Shown here in pieces: positions 18,611 through 27,200 of a stretch of DNA of 44,213 nucleotides. This stretch comes from Acidobacteriota bacterium. GTDB lineage: Bacteria > Acidobacteriota > Thermoanaerobaculia > Thermoanaerobaculales > Thermoanaerobaculaceae. Location: the NCBI GenBank assembly GCA_021818005.1, contig JAKAFI010000001.1, positions 1 through 44,213 of the forward strand, in the 5' to 3' direction. Position 1 is the first letter of the stretch, and the number at the start of each line of letters is the position of its first letter. The notes below the pieces were generated by a model, which saw only the letters and a list, made by a program, of their open reading frames with translations, ran no database searches and had not been told where the DNA came from. A program made the translations under genes and the position numbers.

Positions 18611-19514
18611 CCGCAAGGGTTTGCCCGATTTCCGCAAGATGCGGCACGACCGCCACTTCGTCGAGGAGCTCGCGAACCAGTCGGTGACCGCGGTCGGCGT
18701 CATGCTGCCGACGGACCGTATCGAGACCAACCGGGAGCAGCCGCGCTCGAACCTCGGTGACCTCACCGAGCTGACGGCCTCGATCCGCGCGCGCGGCGTG
18801 CTCGAGCCGCTCCTCGTCCGGCCGCTGCCGGGCGGCCGCACCTACCAGTTGATCGCCGGCGAGCGGCGTTTTCACGCTGCGGTCGAGGCCGGTCTCGAAG
18901 AGGTCCCGTGCATCGAGATGGCGGTCACCGACCAGGAGGCGCTTGAGCTGGCTCTGGTCGAGAACCTGCAACGGAGGGACCTGTCGCCGTTCGAGGAGGC
19001 CGAGGGCTACCGCACGCTCGTAGAGAAGTACGGTTACACTCACGACCGGGTCGCGGCGGCGGTAGGGAAGTCGCGCCCGACGATCACCGAGGGTCTCAAG
19101 CTCCTCGCGATCCCGCCGGCGATTCAGGACCTCTGTCGGCATGCCGACATCACCGCCAAGTCGATGCTTCTCCTCATCGCCCGGGCCGGCAGCATCGACG
19201 AGATGGAGCGCCTCGTCCAGGAGATCGCGGAAGGCCACCTCGATCGCGAGGCCGCCCGCCTGGCCGCTCAGACCCCGGCCGTCCCGACCCGAAGCGCCGA
19301 CGATCCGGGTGACGATTCAGTCCCCTCCGCACACGCCCCCGCCGGGGGAGCGTTCCGCCCGCTGCAGATTCGCTTGCGCGCGCCGGGCAGCGTCCCGGTC
19401 CGTCTCTCCCTGACGATCCGCCAGCCCGGCGTTTCCCGGGACGAGATCATCGCCACCGTCGAGGCGTTCCTGCAGCAGCTGCGGGCGGGCGAGCTCGACG
19501 ACCGCCTCGGCTGA
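18603..19514 (+). CDS. parB: Chromosome-partitioning protein ParB/Spo0J
   Basis: It contains EPLLVRP, LIAGERRFHAA (the GERRxRA box), ENLQRRDLSPFEEAEGY, and an HTH (HDRVAAAVGKSRPTITEGLKLL). The GTG start overlaps the parA stop. Confidence 0.9.
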   Translation: MSSRKGLPDFRKMRHDRHFVEELANQSVTAVGVMLPTDRIETNREQPRSNLGDLTELTASIRARGVLEPLLVRPLPGGRTYQLIAGERRFHAAVEAGLEEVPCIEMAVTDQEALELALVENLQRRDLSPFEEAEGYRTLVEKYGYTHDRVAAAVGKSRPTITEGLKLLAIPPAIQDLCRHADITAKSMLLLIARAGSIDEMERLVQEIAEGHLDREAARLAAQTPAVPTRSADDPGDDSVPSAHAPAGGAFRPLQIRLRAPGSVPVRLSLTIRQPGVSRDEIIATVEAFLQQLRAGELDDRLG

Positions 19515-19797
19515 CGGATCCGCTCCGCCCTCGGTTCGGCGGCGTCCTCCGTCTTCGGACCTTGTGACGGAGTCGCGGCCCGAACGGGGAGCGGCTCCAT
19601 GCGCCCACCGCATACGCTTGCATCGTTCGGCCGTGTGTTGATGCATGTAATTTAACATAATATATCTTATCGGACCTACGAGACGCGACGCGGGCTGCGG
19701 AATTCGGCCCGCCTGTGGAATACCCTGTTGAACGATCGCGACCGCTTCCGTCCGCGCCGGGATTGGCAATTCCCCTCCGCTCCCGTACCATCTCCGG

Positions 19798-22179
19798 GTG
19801 ATGCGCGGACCCCGTCGCTTCGTCCTCGGACGTGCCCTGGTCAAGGAGATGGTCCCGACGCTGGTGATGGCCGCCGGCGTGAGCACGTTCCTCCTGCTCA
19901 TCCGCGCGCTGTTCGTGGTGGCCGATCTTTTCATCTCCCGCAGCGTCGGCACCGGCACCGTGGTGAGGCTGCTGGCGCTCGGCGTGCCCAACATCCTGGC
20001 GCTGACGCTGCCGATCGGCACGTTGTTCGCGGTGCTCATGACCTCGGCTCGTTGGGCCGCCGACTCGGAGCTAGTCGCGATGCAGGCGTGCGGCGTGCCG
20101 CTGCGGCGGGTCGCCCTTCCCCTGATCGTGGTGGCGGGCCTGGTGTTCGTGGCGGATGCCGTGCTCACCCTGGCGGTCATGCCGCAAGCGAACGCGCAGC
20201 TCTCGCAGCTCACGCGCAAGGTGGCGCTCTCGGCGGCCAGCGCCGCGATCGAGCAGCGCGTCTTCGCCGAGGACTTCCCCAACCAACTGCTCTACGTCGA
20301 CAAGATCGACCGCGGCACCGGACGCTGGCACGGCATCCTCCTGTTCGACAACAGCAACCCCGATCAGGAGAGCCTCGTCACCGCCGATTCGGGCAGCCTC
20401 GTCATTGACCCACACGACGGGAGCGCCTGGCTCAACCTGCGCGACACGACGACCCACCTCCTCCGTCCGAACGAGCCCGACTCGTACCGCAAGAACGACA
20501 ACAACGAGCTCCGCATCCGGTTGCGGCAGGCGCAGACCGGGGGCGGTCGCCAGCAGACGCGTCTCGGCGTCCGTGAGACGAGCACCGAGGAGTTGCTGCA
20601 GCGCGCCGAGAAAGGGGCCGTTGCCGGTCAGCCCGCCGATTTCGCCCGCGAGGCGCGCGTCGAGCTGAACAAGCGCGTGGCGATCCCAGCCGCCGCCGTC
20701 GTTTTCGCCCTGGTCGGGTTTCCGCTCGGCATCCGGAATCGGCGCGGAGGCAAGGGGTACGGGCTCACGGCCTCGGTGGCGCTGGTGGTCGCCTACTACG
20801 TCCTGCTCAACAACGGCGAGCTCCTCGCGACCGGGGGCAAGGTTCCGGTCGCGGTCGGCATGTGGTTGCCCAACCTCGCCCTCCTGCTCCTGGGCGCGTT
20901 CCTCTTCCGCCGCGCCGCCCGCGGGGAGTCCGGAGGCGCCCCCCTCCTGACCCGTATCGTCGAGACCGGCATGAAGATCGTCGTCGGACCTTTGCGGGCC
21001 GCCGCCGCCGCGCTACGCCGCGCGTGGTCCGGTCGCGGCGCCGCCGCGACGGCCGCGGGCGACTCGACCCCGGCCCGCGTCCCGGCGACGCTCGGCGTCG
21101 TCGACCAGTACTTGCTCCGCCAGTGCGTGAGCTTCTTCCTCCTCGTCGTGGTCGCGGTGTGCTCGCTGTGGATCGCCGTGGACCTCTCGGGGAACCTCGA
21201 GGACATCCGCAGGAACTCGGTGCCGTTGGTGACGGTGGCCTCGTACTACCTGCTGTCGCTGCCGCAGATCCTCCACGACACCTTGCCGTTCGCCTTCCTG
21301 ATCGCGTTCCTGGCGACCGCGGCCGTCCTCGAGCGACGCAACGAGACCACGGCGTTCAAGGCCGCAGGGGTCTCGCTGAGCCGGATCGCGCTCCCCCTCC
21401 TGATCCTCGGCGCAGCCGTCGGTGCCGGCCTGTTCCTGCTCGACAACCAGATCACGCAACGGGCGGAGAGGTCGAAGCAACAGCTCGAGGACATTCTGCG
21501 CGGGCGCAAGGTTGCCCGCTCGTACCGCGCCACCGATCGGCCGTACGTGTTCCTTCCAGACGGCCGGACGCTGGTGAACTTCCTCGAGTTCGACCCGGAC
21601 ACCAAGACGCTGATCAGGCCGTCGGTGTTCGTGTTCGACCAGCGGTTCAACCTGCGCACCCGCTACATGGCGAAGCGCGCCACGTTCGTCGACGGGCAGT
21701 GGCGGGCCGAGGGGGCCTGGTCGCGGACGTTCATGGCCGACGCGACGCCGGAGTTCGTGACCTACCCGGGCACGGTCGATCTGCCACTGTCGGTCGGCCC
21801 GAGCTACTTTGGCCGCGAGTACCGGAGGCCGGAGCAGATGACCTTCGGCGAGCTACGGCGCTACATCGCCACGCTGCGCGCGGCCGGCTACCGCGTCGAT
21901 CGTCTGGTCGTGCAGCTCAACCAGAAGATCGCCTACCCGTTCAGCCTCGTCATCCTCCCCTGGCTCGCCATGCCGTTCGCGTTCAAGCCCGGGCGCAGCC
22001 GCAGCGCCATCGGCGGCATCGCGCTCGCGCTCGTGCTCGGGATGGCGTACTTCGGCTTGATGGCGCTAGTGGATCAGCTCGGGGACGCGGCCCTCGTGCC
22101 GCCTGCGCTCGCGTCGTGGACCCCGACCGTCGTGTTCACCCTGCTGGCGATCAACCGCCACACGACGCTGCGCACCTGA
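19798..22179 (+). CDS. Fused LptF-LptG LPS export permease (two YjgP/YjgQ modules in one ORF)
   Basis: Two complete permease modules lie in the same frame with no intervening stop. Module 1 begins RFVLGRALVKEMVPTL...SELVAMQACGVPLRRV. Module 2 begins VVDQYLLRQCVSFFLL...NETTAFKAAGVSLSRI. An Ala/Arg-rich linker separates them. Confidence 0.8.
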   Translation: MMRGPRRFVLGRALVKEMVPTLVMAAGVSTFLLLIRALFVVADLFISRSVGTGTVVRLLALGVPNILALTLPIGTLFAVLMTSARWAADSELVAMQACGVPLRRVALPLIVVAGLVFVADAVLTLAVMPQANAQLSQLTRKVALSAASAAIEQRVFAEDFPNQLLYVDKIDRGTGRWHGILLFDNSNPDQESLVTADSGSLVIDPHDGSAWLNLRDTTTHLLRPNEPDSYRKNDNNELRIRLRQAQTGGGRQQTRLGVRETSTEELLQRAEKGAVAGQPADFAREARVELNKRVAIPAAAVVFALVGFPLGIRNRRGGKGYGLTASVALVVAYYVLLNNGELLATGGKVPVAVGMWLPNLALLLLGAFLFRRAARGESGGAPLLTRIVETGMKIVVGPLRAAAAALRRAWSGRGAAATAAGDSTPARVPATLGVVDQYLLRQCVSFFLLVVVAVCSLWIAVDLSGNLEDIRRNSVPLVTVASYYLLSLPQILHDTLPFAFLIAFLATAAVLERRNETTAFKAAGVSLSRIALPLLILGAAVGAGLFLLDNQITQRAERSKQQLEDILRGRKVARSYRATDRPYVFLPDGRTLVNFLEFDPDTKTLIRPSVFVFDQRFNLRTRYMAKRATFVDGQWRAEGAWSRTFMADATPEFVTYPGTVDLPLSVGPSYFGREYRRPEQMTFGELRRYIATLRAAGYRVDRLVVQLNQKIAYPFSLVILPWLAMPFAFKPGRSRSAIGGIALALVLGMAYFGLMALVDQLGDAALVPPALASWTPTVVFTLLAINRHTTLRT

Positions 22180-22190
22180 GCGCATCCTCC

Positions 22191-22224
22191 GGCCGGGAAC
22201 GTCGGCATGCCGACACCGCCGGCC
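22191..22224. terminator. GC-rich extended hairpin just after the lptFG stop (possible terminator without a U-tract)
   Basis: The structure is GGCCGG-gaac-GTCGGCATGCCGAC-accg-CCGGCC. The perfect 14-nt palindrome is at 22201-22214. Confidence 0.35.
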
Positions 22225-22257
22225 TGGCCCGACGCCCCCCGCCGCACCCAGACGAAG

Positions 22258-22871
22258 ATCGGGATAGGGGGCGGCGACAAATCGTCGCCGCTCCCCTCCC
22301 ACACCACCGGACATGCGGGTCCGCATCCGGCGGTTCGGCAGGTTGAGGTCACTGGTGCTACGGGCCCGAGCGCGCGTCTCCGTTTGCCGCCGACGAGGGT
22401 TCCCCGCTCCGTCTTGCGCCCCAGGCTTCACCGGGTCGCCCAAACGGCAGCTCCAGTTGTCCGGACTTCTGGGGCCGTCCCTCACCGAGACCCACGGTCG
22501 CCTCGCTCTCCCTTCCGTTCGGCCCTTCCCGGTCCCCCGGTACTATGGCCTCTGCTGACTTCTCGCTCCGCCTCCCGGCGTTGCCCTTTCAGGCACAAGG
22601 CGAGATCTCCCCAGGTAAGAACATCGGCTTTCAGAGCACGACCGCCGGATCTACGCCGCCTCCCTTTGGTCGCTGGAGCTTCGCGGTAAGTGGCCCGCTC
22701 GCCATGGAAGGCTCCGCCTCGTATCCGGTTCCTGTTCGTCGGCCCGCTCCTCTCGCTCCACGCTTCCTCCGGACACTCCCTCGCGGTCATGCCCTTGCGC
22801 TTCGCTCAGGTCGGTGCGACCTCCTCCCTCCCGGACTTGCACCGGGTAGCCGATGCCCATGCTGGGCGCAC
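22258..22871 (-). mobile_element. Group II intron ribozyme, ORF-less, class C-like (614 nt)
   Basis: All positions are read on the minus strand.
- 5' end: GUGCGCCCAGCAUGGG, starting at 22871.
- Internal conserved block: GAAGUCAGCAGAGGCCAUAGUACC (22562->22539).
- Domain V (22333->22304): CCGCCGGAUGCG-GACC-CGCAU-GU-CCGGUGG, with a CGC triad, a G.U wobble and a 2-nt bulge.
- Domain VI (22300->22258): 4+4+8 bp helices with a bulged A at 22265, the 8th nt from a 3' end that terminates in AU. Confidence 0.8.
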
Positions 22872-22873
22872 CA

Positions 22874-22905
22874 CCACAACAAGACGGCCCCGGTTGTCCG
22901 GGGCC
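22874..22905 (-). terminator. Intrinsic terminator of rocD
   Basis: On the minus strand the sequence is GGCCCCGG-ACAA-CCGGGGCC followed by GUCUUGUUGUGG. It lies about 57 nt after the rocD stop. Confidence 0.6.
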
Positions 22906-22961
22906 GCTGGTCTCTGGCCGCCGTCCCGCCTCGCGGAGACGGGAACGTGGCTCGGACCATG

Positions 22962-24173
22962 TCAGCCGAGGACCTTGCCGATCCGCTCCATCGCCCAGTC
23001 GATCTCCTCGCGGGTGATGACCAGCGGAGGGGCGAACCGGATGATGTTGACGTGCGTCTCCTTGCACAGCAACCCCTGGCGCTGCAACGCCTCGCAGAAC
23101 TGCCGCGCGCCGCCCGCTGCGGGGGTCAGCTCGACACCGATCCAGAGTCCGCGCCCGCGGACCTCCTTGATCTTGGCCGAGCGGAGCGAGCGTAGCCGCT
23201 CGAGGAAGTAGTCGCCGAGCCGGGCCGAGTTCGCGATCATCCCTTCCTCGACCAGGACCTGCAACGCCGTGCGCGCGACCGCGCAGGCGAGCGGGTTCCC
23301 GCCGAACGTGGAACCGTGGTCACCGGGGGCGAAGACGTCCATGACCTCGTCGTCGGCCAGGATGCCGGAGATCGGCATGCAGCCGCCGCCGAGCGCCTTC
23401 CCGATCACGACGATGTCCGGCCGGATCCGCTCGTGCTCGAAGCAGAACATCTTCCCGGTGCGGCCGAGGCCGGACTGGATCTCGTCCACGGCGAGCAGGA
23501 ACCGGTTCGCCGTCGCCAGCTCCCGCAGCCCACGCAGGAACCCGGCGGGCGGGCTCACGATGCCTCCCTCGCCCTGGATCGGTTCGACCAGGACCGCGAC
23601 CGTCTCGGGCGTGATCGCCCGCTCGACGGCCCCCAGGTCGCCGTACGGCAGCAGCCGAAATCCGGGCGTAAACGGGCCGAACCCCTTGCGGTACTGTTCC
23701 TCCGAGGAAAAGCCGACGATCGTCGTGGTGCGCCCGTGGAAGTTCCCGGCGAAGACGAGGATCTCTCCCCTGTCCTCCGCCACGCCCTTGACCGTGTGCG
23801 CCCACTTGCGCGCCGCCTTGATCGCGGTCTCCACCGCCTCGGCACCGGTGTTCATCGGCAGGAAGCGGGCGTAGCCGGTGAGACCGCACAGCTCGGCGCA
23901 GAGCGGGCCGAGCTGATCGTTGCGGAACGCCCGCGAGGTCAGCGTCACCCGGTCGGCCTGGGCTTTCAGCGCGGCCACGATGCGCGGGTGGCAGTGCCCC
24001 TGGTTCACCGCCGAGTAGGCAGCCAGGAAGTCGAGGTACTTGTTTCCCTCGACGTCCCAGACCCAAACGCCGCTGGCGCGGCTGATGACCACGTCGAGCG
24101 GATGGTAGTTGTGTGCGCCGTACCGATCCTCGAGCTCGATCAGATCGGCGGTTGCCGCGACCTCTGTGACCAT
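22962..24173 (-). CDS. rocD: Ornithine aminotransferase (class III PLP aminotransferase)
   Basis: It resembles RocD/OAT along its length as I recall it: YGAHNYHPL, SAYSAVNQGHCHP, LTSRAFRNDQLGP, DEIQSGLGRTGK, GKALGGG, HGSTFGGNPLACAV, LLCKETH..IRFAPPL. Confidence 0.9.
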   Translation of the reverse strand: MVTEVAATADLIELEDRYGAHNYHPLDVVISRASGVWVWDVEGNKYLDFLAAYSAVNQGHCHPRIVAALKAQADRVTLTSRAFRNDQLGPLCAELCGLTGYARFLPMNTGAEAVETAIKAARKWAHTVKGVAEDRGEILVFAGNFHGRTTTIVGFSSEEQYRKGFGPFTPGFRLLPYGDLGAVERAITPETVAVLVEPIQGEGGIVSPPAGFLRGLRELATANRFLLAVDEIQSGLGRTGKMFCFEHERIRPDIVVIGKALGGGCMPISGILADDEVMDVFAPGDHGSTFGGNPLACAVARTALQVLVEEGMIANSARLGDYFLERLRSLRSAKIKEVRGRGLWIGVELTPAAGGARQFCEALQRQGLLCKETHVNIIRFAPPLVITREEIDWAMERIGKVLG

Positions 24174-24285
24174 TGTCGCCTCCGAGAGCCCGCGGGAGTG
24201 CCGCGGGAGGCCGGCAGCGTACGTGATCGTGACCGAAGGCGCAAGCTCGGGAGCGCGCGCTCCCGGCCGCGGGCCGGCCGCCAGG

Positions 24286-27200
24286 TCACCCGAAGACGTA
24301 CTCGACCCGGCCGCCGCCGAGCAACCCCGTCAGCGCCGGAACCAGGCTCTCCGGGTCCACGCCCAGGACCCGCGTCGGCACCAGCTCCGCCGTCCACGAG
24401 GGCCCCAACAGACGCAGCCGCAGCTGGACCCTGCCCTCGTGGCGGAGGACCAGCTCGTGCAGCGTGCGCAGCTGCTCGGGTGCGGAGAAGCGACTGAGAT
24501 CGAGCTCCACTCGCAGGGCCGTCGCTCGCCGCGACTCGATCCCCTCGAGCGGCGCGACCTCGTCGAGCGAGAGCTCCACGTGCTCCCCCTCGCTGCTCCG
24601 CGGCGTCGCGGTGGCAAGGACGGCCGTGCCGTCCACGAGCGCCCGCTCCGACCGCTCGAACACGTCGGCAAACGCCACCGCCCGCACCCCGCCTGTCTGG
24701 TCCTCCAGGGTGAACGACGCCATCCGTCGGCCTTGGTTGCGGCCGTCCCGGATCGGACGCACCTTGAGTCCGGAGATCAGCCCGCCGACGACGACCCGGT
24801 CGGCCCCCGCTGCCGACAGCTGCGCCAGGTCGCACACCCTGGCGGCCCCCAGCGCCCTGAGCACTCCGGTCCAGCGGTCCAGTGGGTGGCCGGAGAGGTA
24901 GAAGCCGAGCGTCTCGCGCTCGCCCCTGAGTCGCTCCTCGCTGCTCGCCGGCACCGTGCCCGGCGGCGTCGGGGCGGGCTCGGCGTCCTCTGCGAAGCCG
25001 AAGAGGAACCCCTGCCCGGTCTCCAGCGCCTGTCGTTCGCGGGACGCCTGGTCGACCAGCGTGTCCAGCCCGGCGAGGAGGGCGCCCCGGTCGGGGTGCA
25101 GCGAGTCGAACGCGCCGGCGCGGATCAGGCACTCCACAACCTTGCGGTTGATCGTGCGGTCGCCGACGGTCCGCAGGAGGTGCGCGGCGCTGGTGAACCG
25201 GCCGGAGCGGGTGCGGGTCTCGACGATGCTGTCGCTCGCGCTCTCGCCGACGCCCTTGATCGCGCCGAGCCCGACCCTGATCGCGTCGCCCTCGACCGTG
25301 AACCCCAACCGGGAGGCGTTCACGTCGGGGCCGAGCACCTTGACGCCGCCGGCGGTGAGCATCCCCACGTACGCGGCGAGCTTGTCCGTGCTCGCCACCT
25401 CGCTGGACAGCATCGCGGCCCAGAAGTGGAGCGGATGGTGCGCCTTCAGGTATGCGGTCTGGTAGGCGACGTAGGCGTAGGCGACCGAGTGGGACTTGTT
25501 GAAGCCGTATTGGGCGAACGGGACGATCTGCCGCCACAGCGCCGAGACCTTCTCCTTCGGGTAGCCCTTGGCGACGCCGCCGGCGATGAAGTGCTCCCCC
25601 TCTTCGTCGATCAGTTCCTTGATCTTCTTCCCCATCGCCTTGCGCAGCGTGTCGGCGCTCGCCAGGGAGAAGCCGGCGATCTCCACCGCGATGCGCATCA
25701 CCTGTTCCTGGTAGACGATGACGCCGTACGTCTCGGCCAGGATCTCCTCAAGCTGGGGGAAGATGTACGTGATCGGCTGCCGCCCGTGCTTGCGGTCGGC
25801 GAACTCGCCGGTCCACTGCATCGGGCCCGGGCGGTAGAGCGCGTTCAAGGCGGCGATCTCGTCGAACCGGCGCGGCTGCACCGTGCGCAGGAGCTCACGC
25901 ATCCCCGAGGACTCGAACTGGAACACGCCGTCGGTGTCGCCGGCCGAGAACAGGTCGTACACCGCCGGGTCGTCGAAGCTCATCCGCTCGAAGTCAGGGA
26001 CCTCCATCCCCGCTCCGGCCATGCTGCGCAGGCAGTCGTCGATCACCGTCAGCGTCTTGAGGCCGAGGAAGTCCATCTTGAGCAGGCCGAGCTTCTCGAT
26101 CACGTCCTTGTCGAACTGGGTGACCACCTCGTCGCGCGACGTGCGGTACAGCGGCACGACCTCGCGGACCGGCCGCGGTGCGATCACCACGCCGGCGGCG
26201 TGCACGCCGCAGTGGCGCGCCAGCCCCTCGAGACGCCGCCCGATCTCGATCAGCCGCCCGACGTCCGCGTCCGCCGCCACCGCCTCTGCCAGCCGCGGGG
26301 AGTCGCGCAGGGCGTCGTCGAGCGTGATGCCGAGCGTCTCCGGGACGAGCTTCGCGATGCGGTCGGTCTGGGCGAACGACATCCCGAGCACCCGTCCGAC
26401 GTCGCGGATGCACGAGCGCGCCTGCAGCAGGTTGAAGGTGGCGATCTGAGCCACGTTCTCGGTCCCGTACACCTCGCGCACGTGCGCGATGACCTCGTCG
26501 CGCCGCCGCTGGCAGAAATCGATGTCGATGTCCGGCATCGAGATCCGGTCGGGGTTGAGGAAGCGCTCGAACAGGAGGTCGTACTCGAGCGGGTCGATGT
26601 CGGTGATCCGCAGCGCGTACGCGACCAGCGACCCGGCGGCGCTGCCGCGGCCCGGGCCGACCGGGATGCCGTGCTCGCGCGCGTGGCGGATGAAGTCCCA
26701 GACCACGAGGAAGTAGCCGTCGAACCCCATCGTGTGGATGATGCCGAGCTCGTTCTCGAGGCGGGCCACGTACTTCTGTTGCGGGTGGCGGCGCGACCTG
26801 CCGTCGCCGAGGCGGCGCTCCAGCCCCTGGCGCGCCAGCTCCCCCAGGTAGTCCTCGGGCAGGCGATCCTGCGGCACCGGATACCGCGGCAGCAACGGTT
26901 GGCCACCCGGGAACGTCGCGTGGCAGCGCTCCGCGATCTCGCCGCTGCGCGCGACGGCACCGGGAAGATCGCGGAAGAGCCTCGCCATCTCCTCGCCGGA
27001 CTTGACGTAGAACTCGTCGTTGTAAGCGTAGTCGCGCGCCAGCTCCGCCAGGGTCTTGTTCTGCCCGATGCCGATCAGCACCCGGTGCGCCTCGACGTCC
27101 TCGCGGAGGTGAAAATGGCTGTCGTTGGTCGCGACCAACTCGATGCCGGTCGCCTGCGAGAGCCGAGCCATCCCCTCGCGGACCGTGCGCTCGTCGGCGA

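Noticed and set aside
17633-19800. parS centromere sites (TGTTTCACGTGAAACA-like) near parAB.
   Set aside because: No palindromic match was found by eye. There are only half-site-like strings (GTTTCCAC at about 17741 and GTTTTCACGC at about 18868).
22207-22790. ORFs of 81-216 aa overlapping the lptFG-rocD gap, such as 22207..22689(+), 22482..22790(-) and 22545..23195(+).
   Set aside because: They are Pro/Arg/Ser-rich with no RBS or family motifs. The region is better explained as a structured group II intron RNA on the minus strand.
22190-22960. Possible RNase P RNA, SRP RNA or tmRNA. The minus strand has three AGUCCGG-type motifs and a GUCCGGAGGAAGCG block reminiscent of RNase P CR-I or the SRP domain IV.
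   Set aside because: The full conserved cores are absent. These are GAGGAAAGUCCGGGC plus ACAGAACCCGGCUUA for RNase P, GGAAGGAAGCAGC for SRP, and a tRNA-like GGUUCGAnUCC...CCA end for tmRNA. The 5' GUGCG, DV and DVI features fit a group II intron instead.
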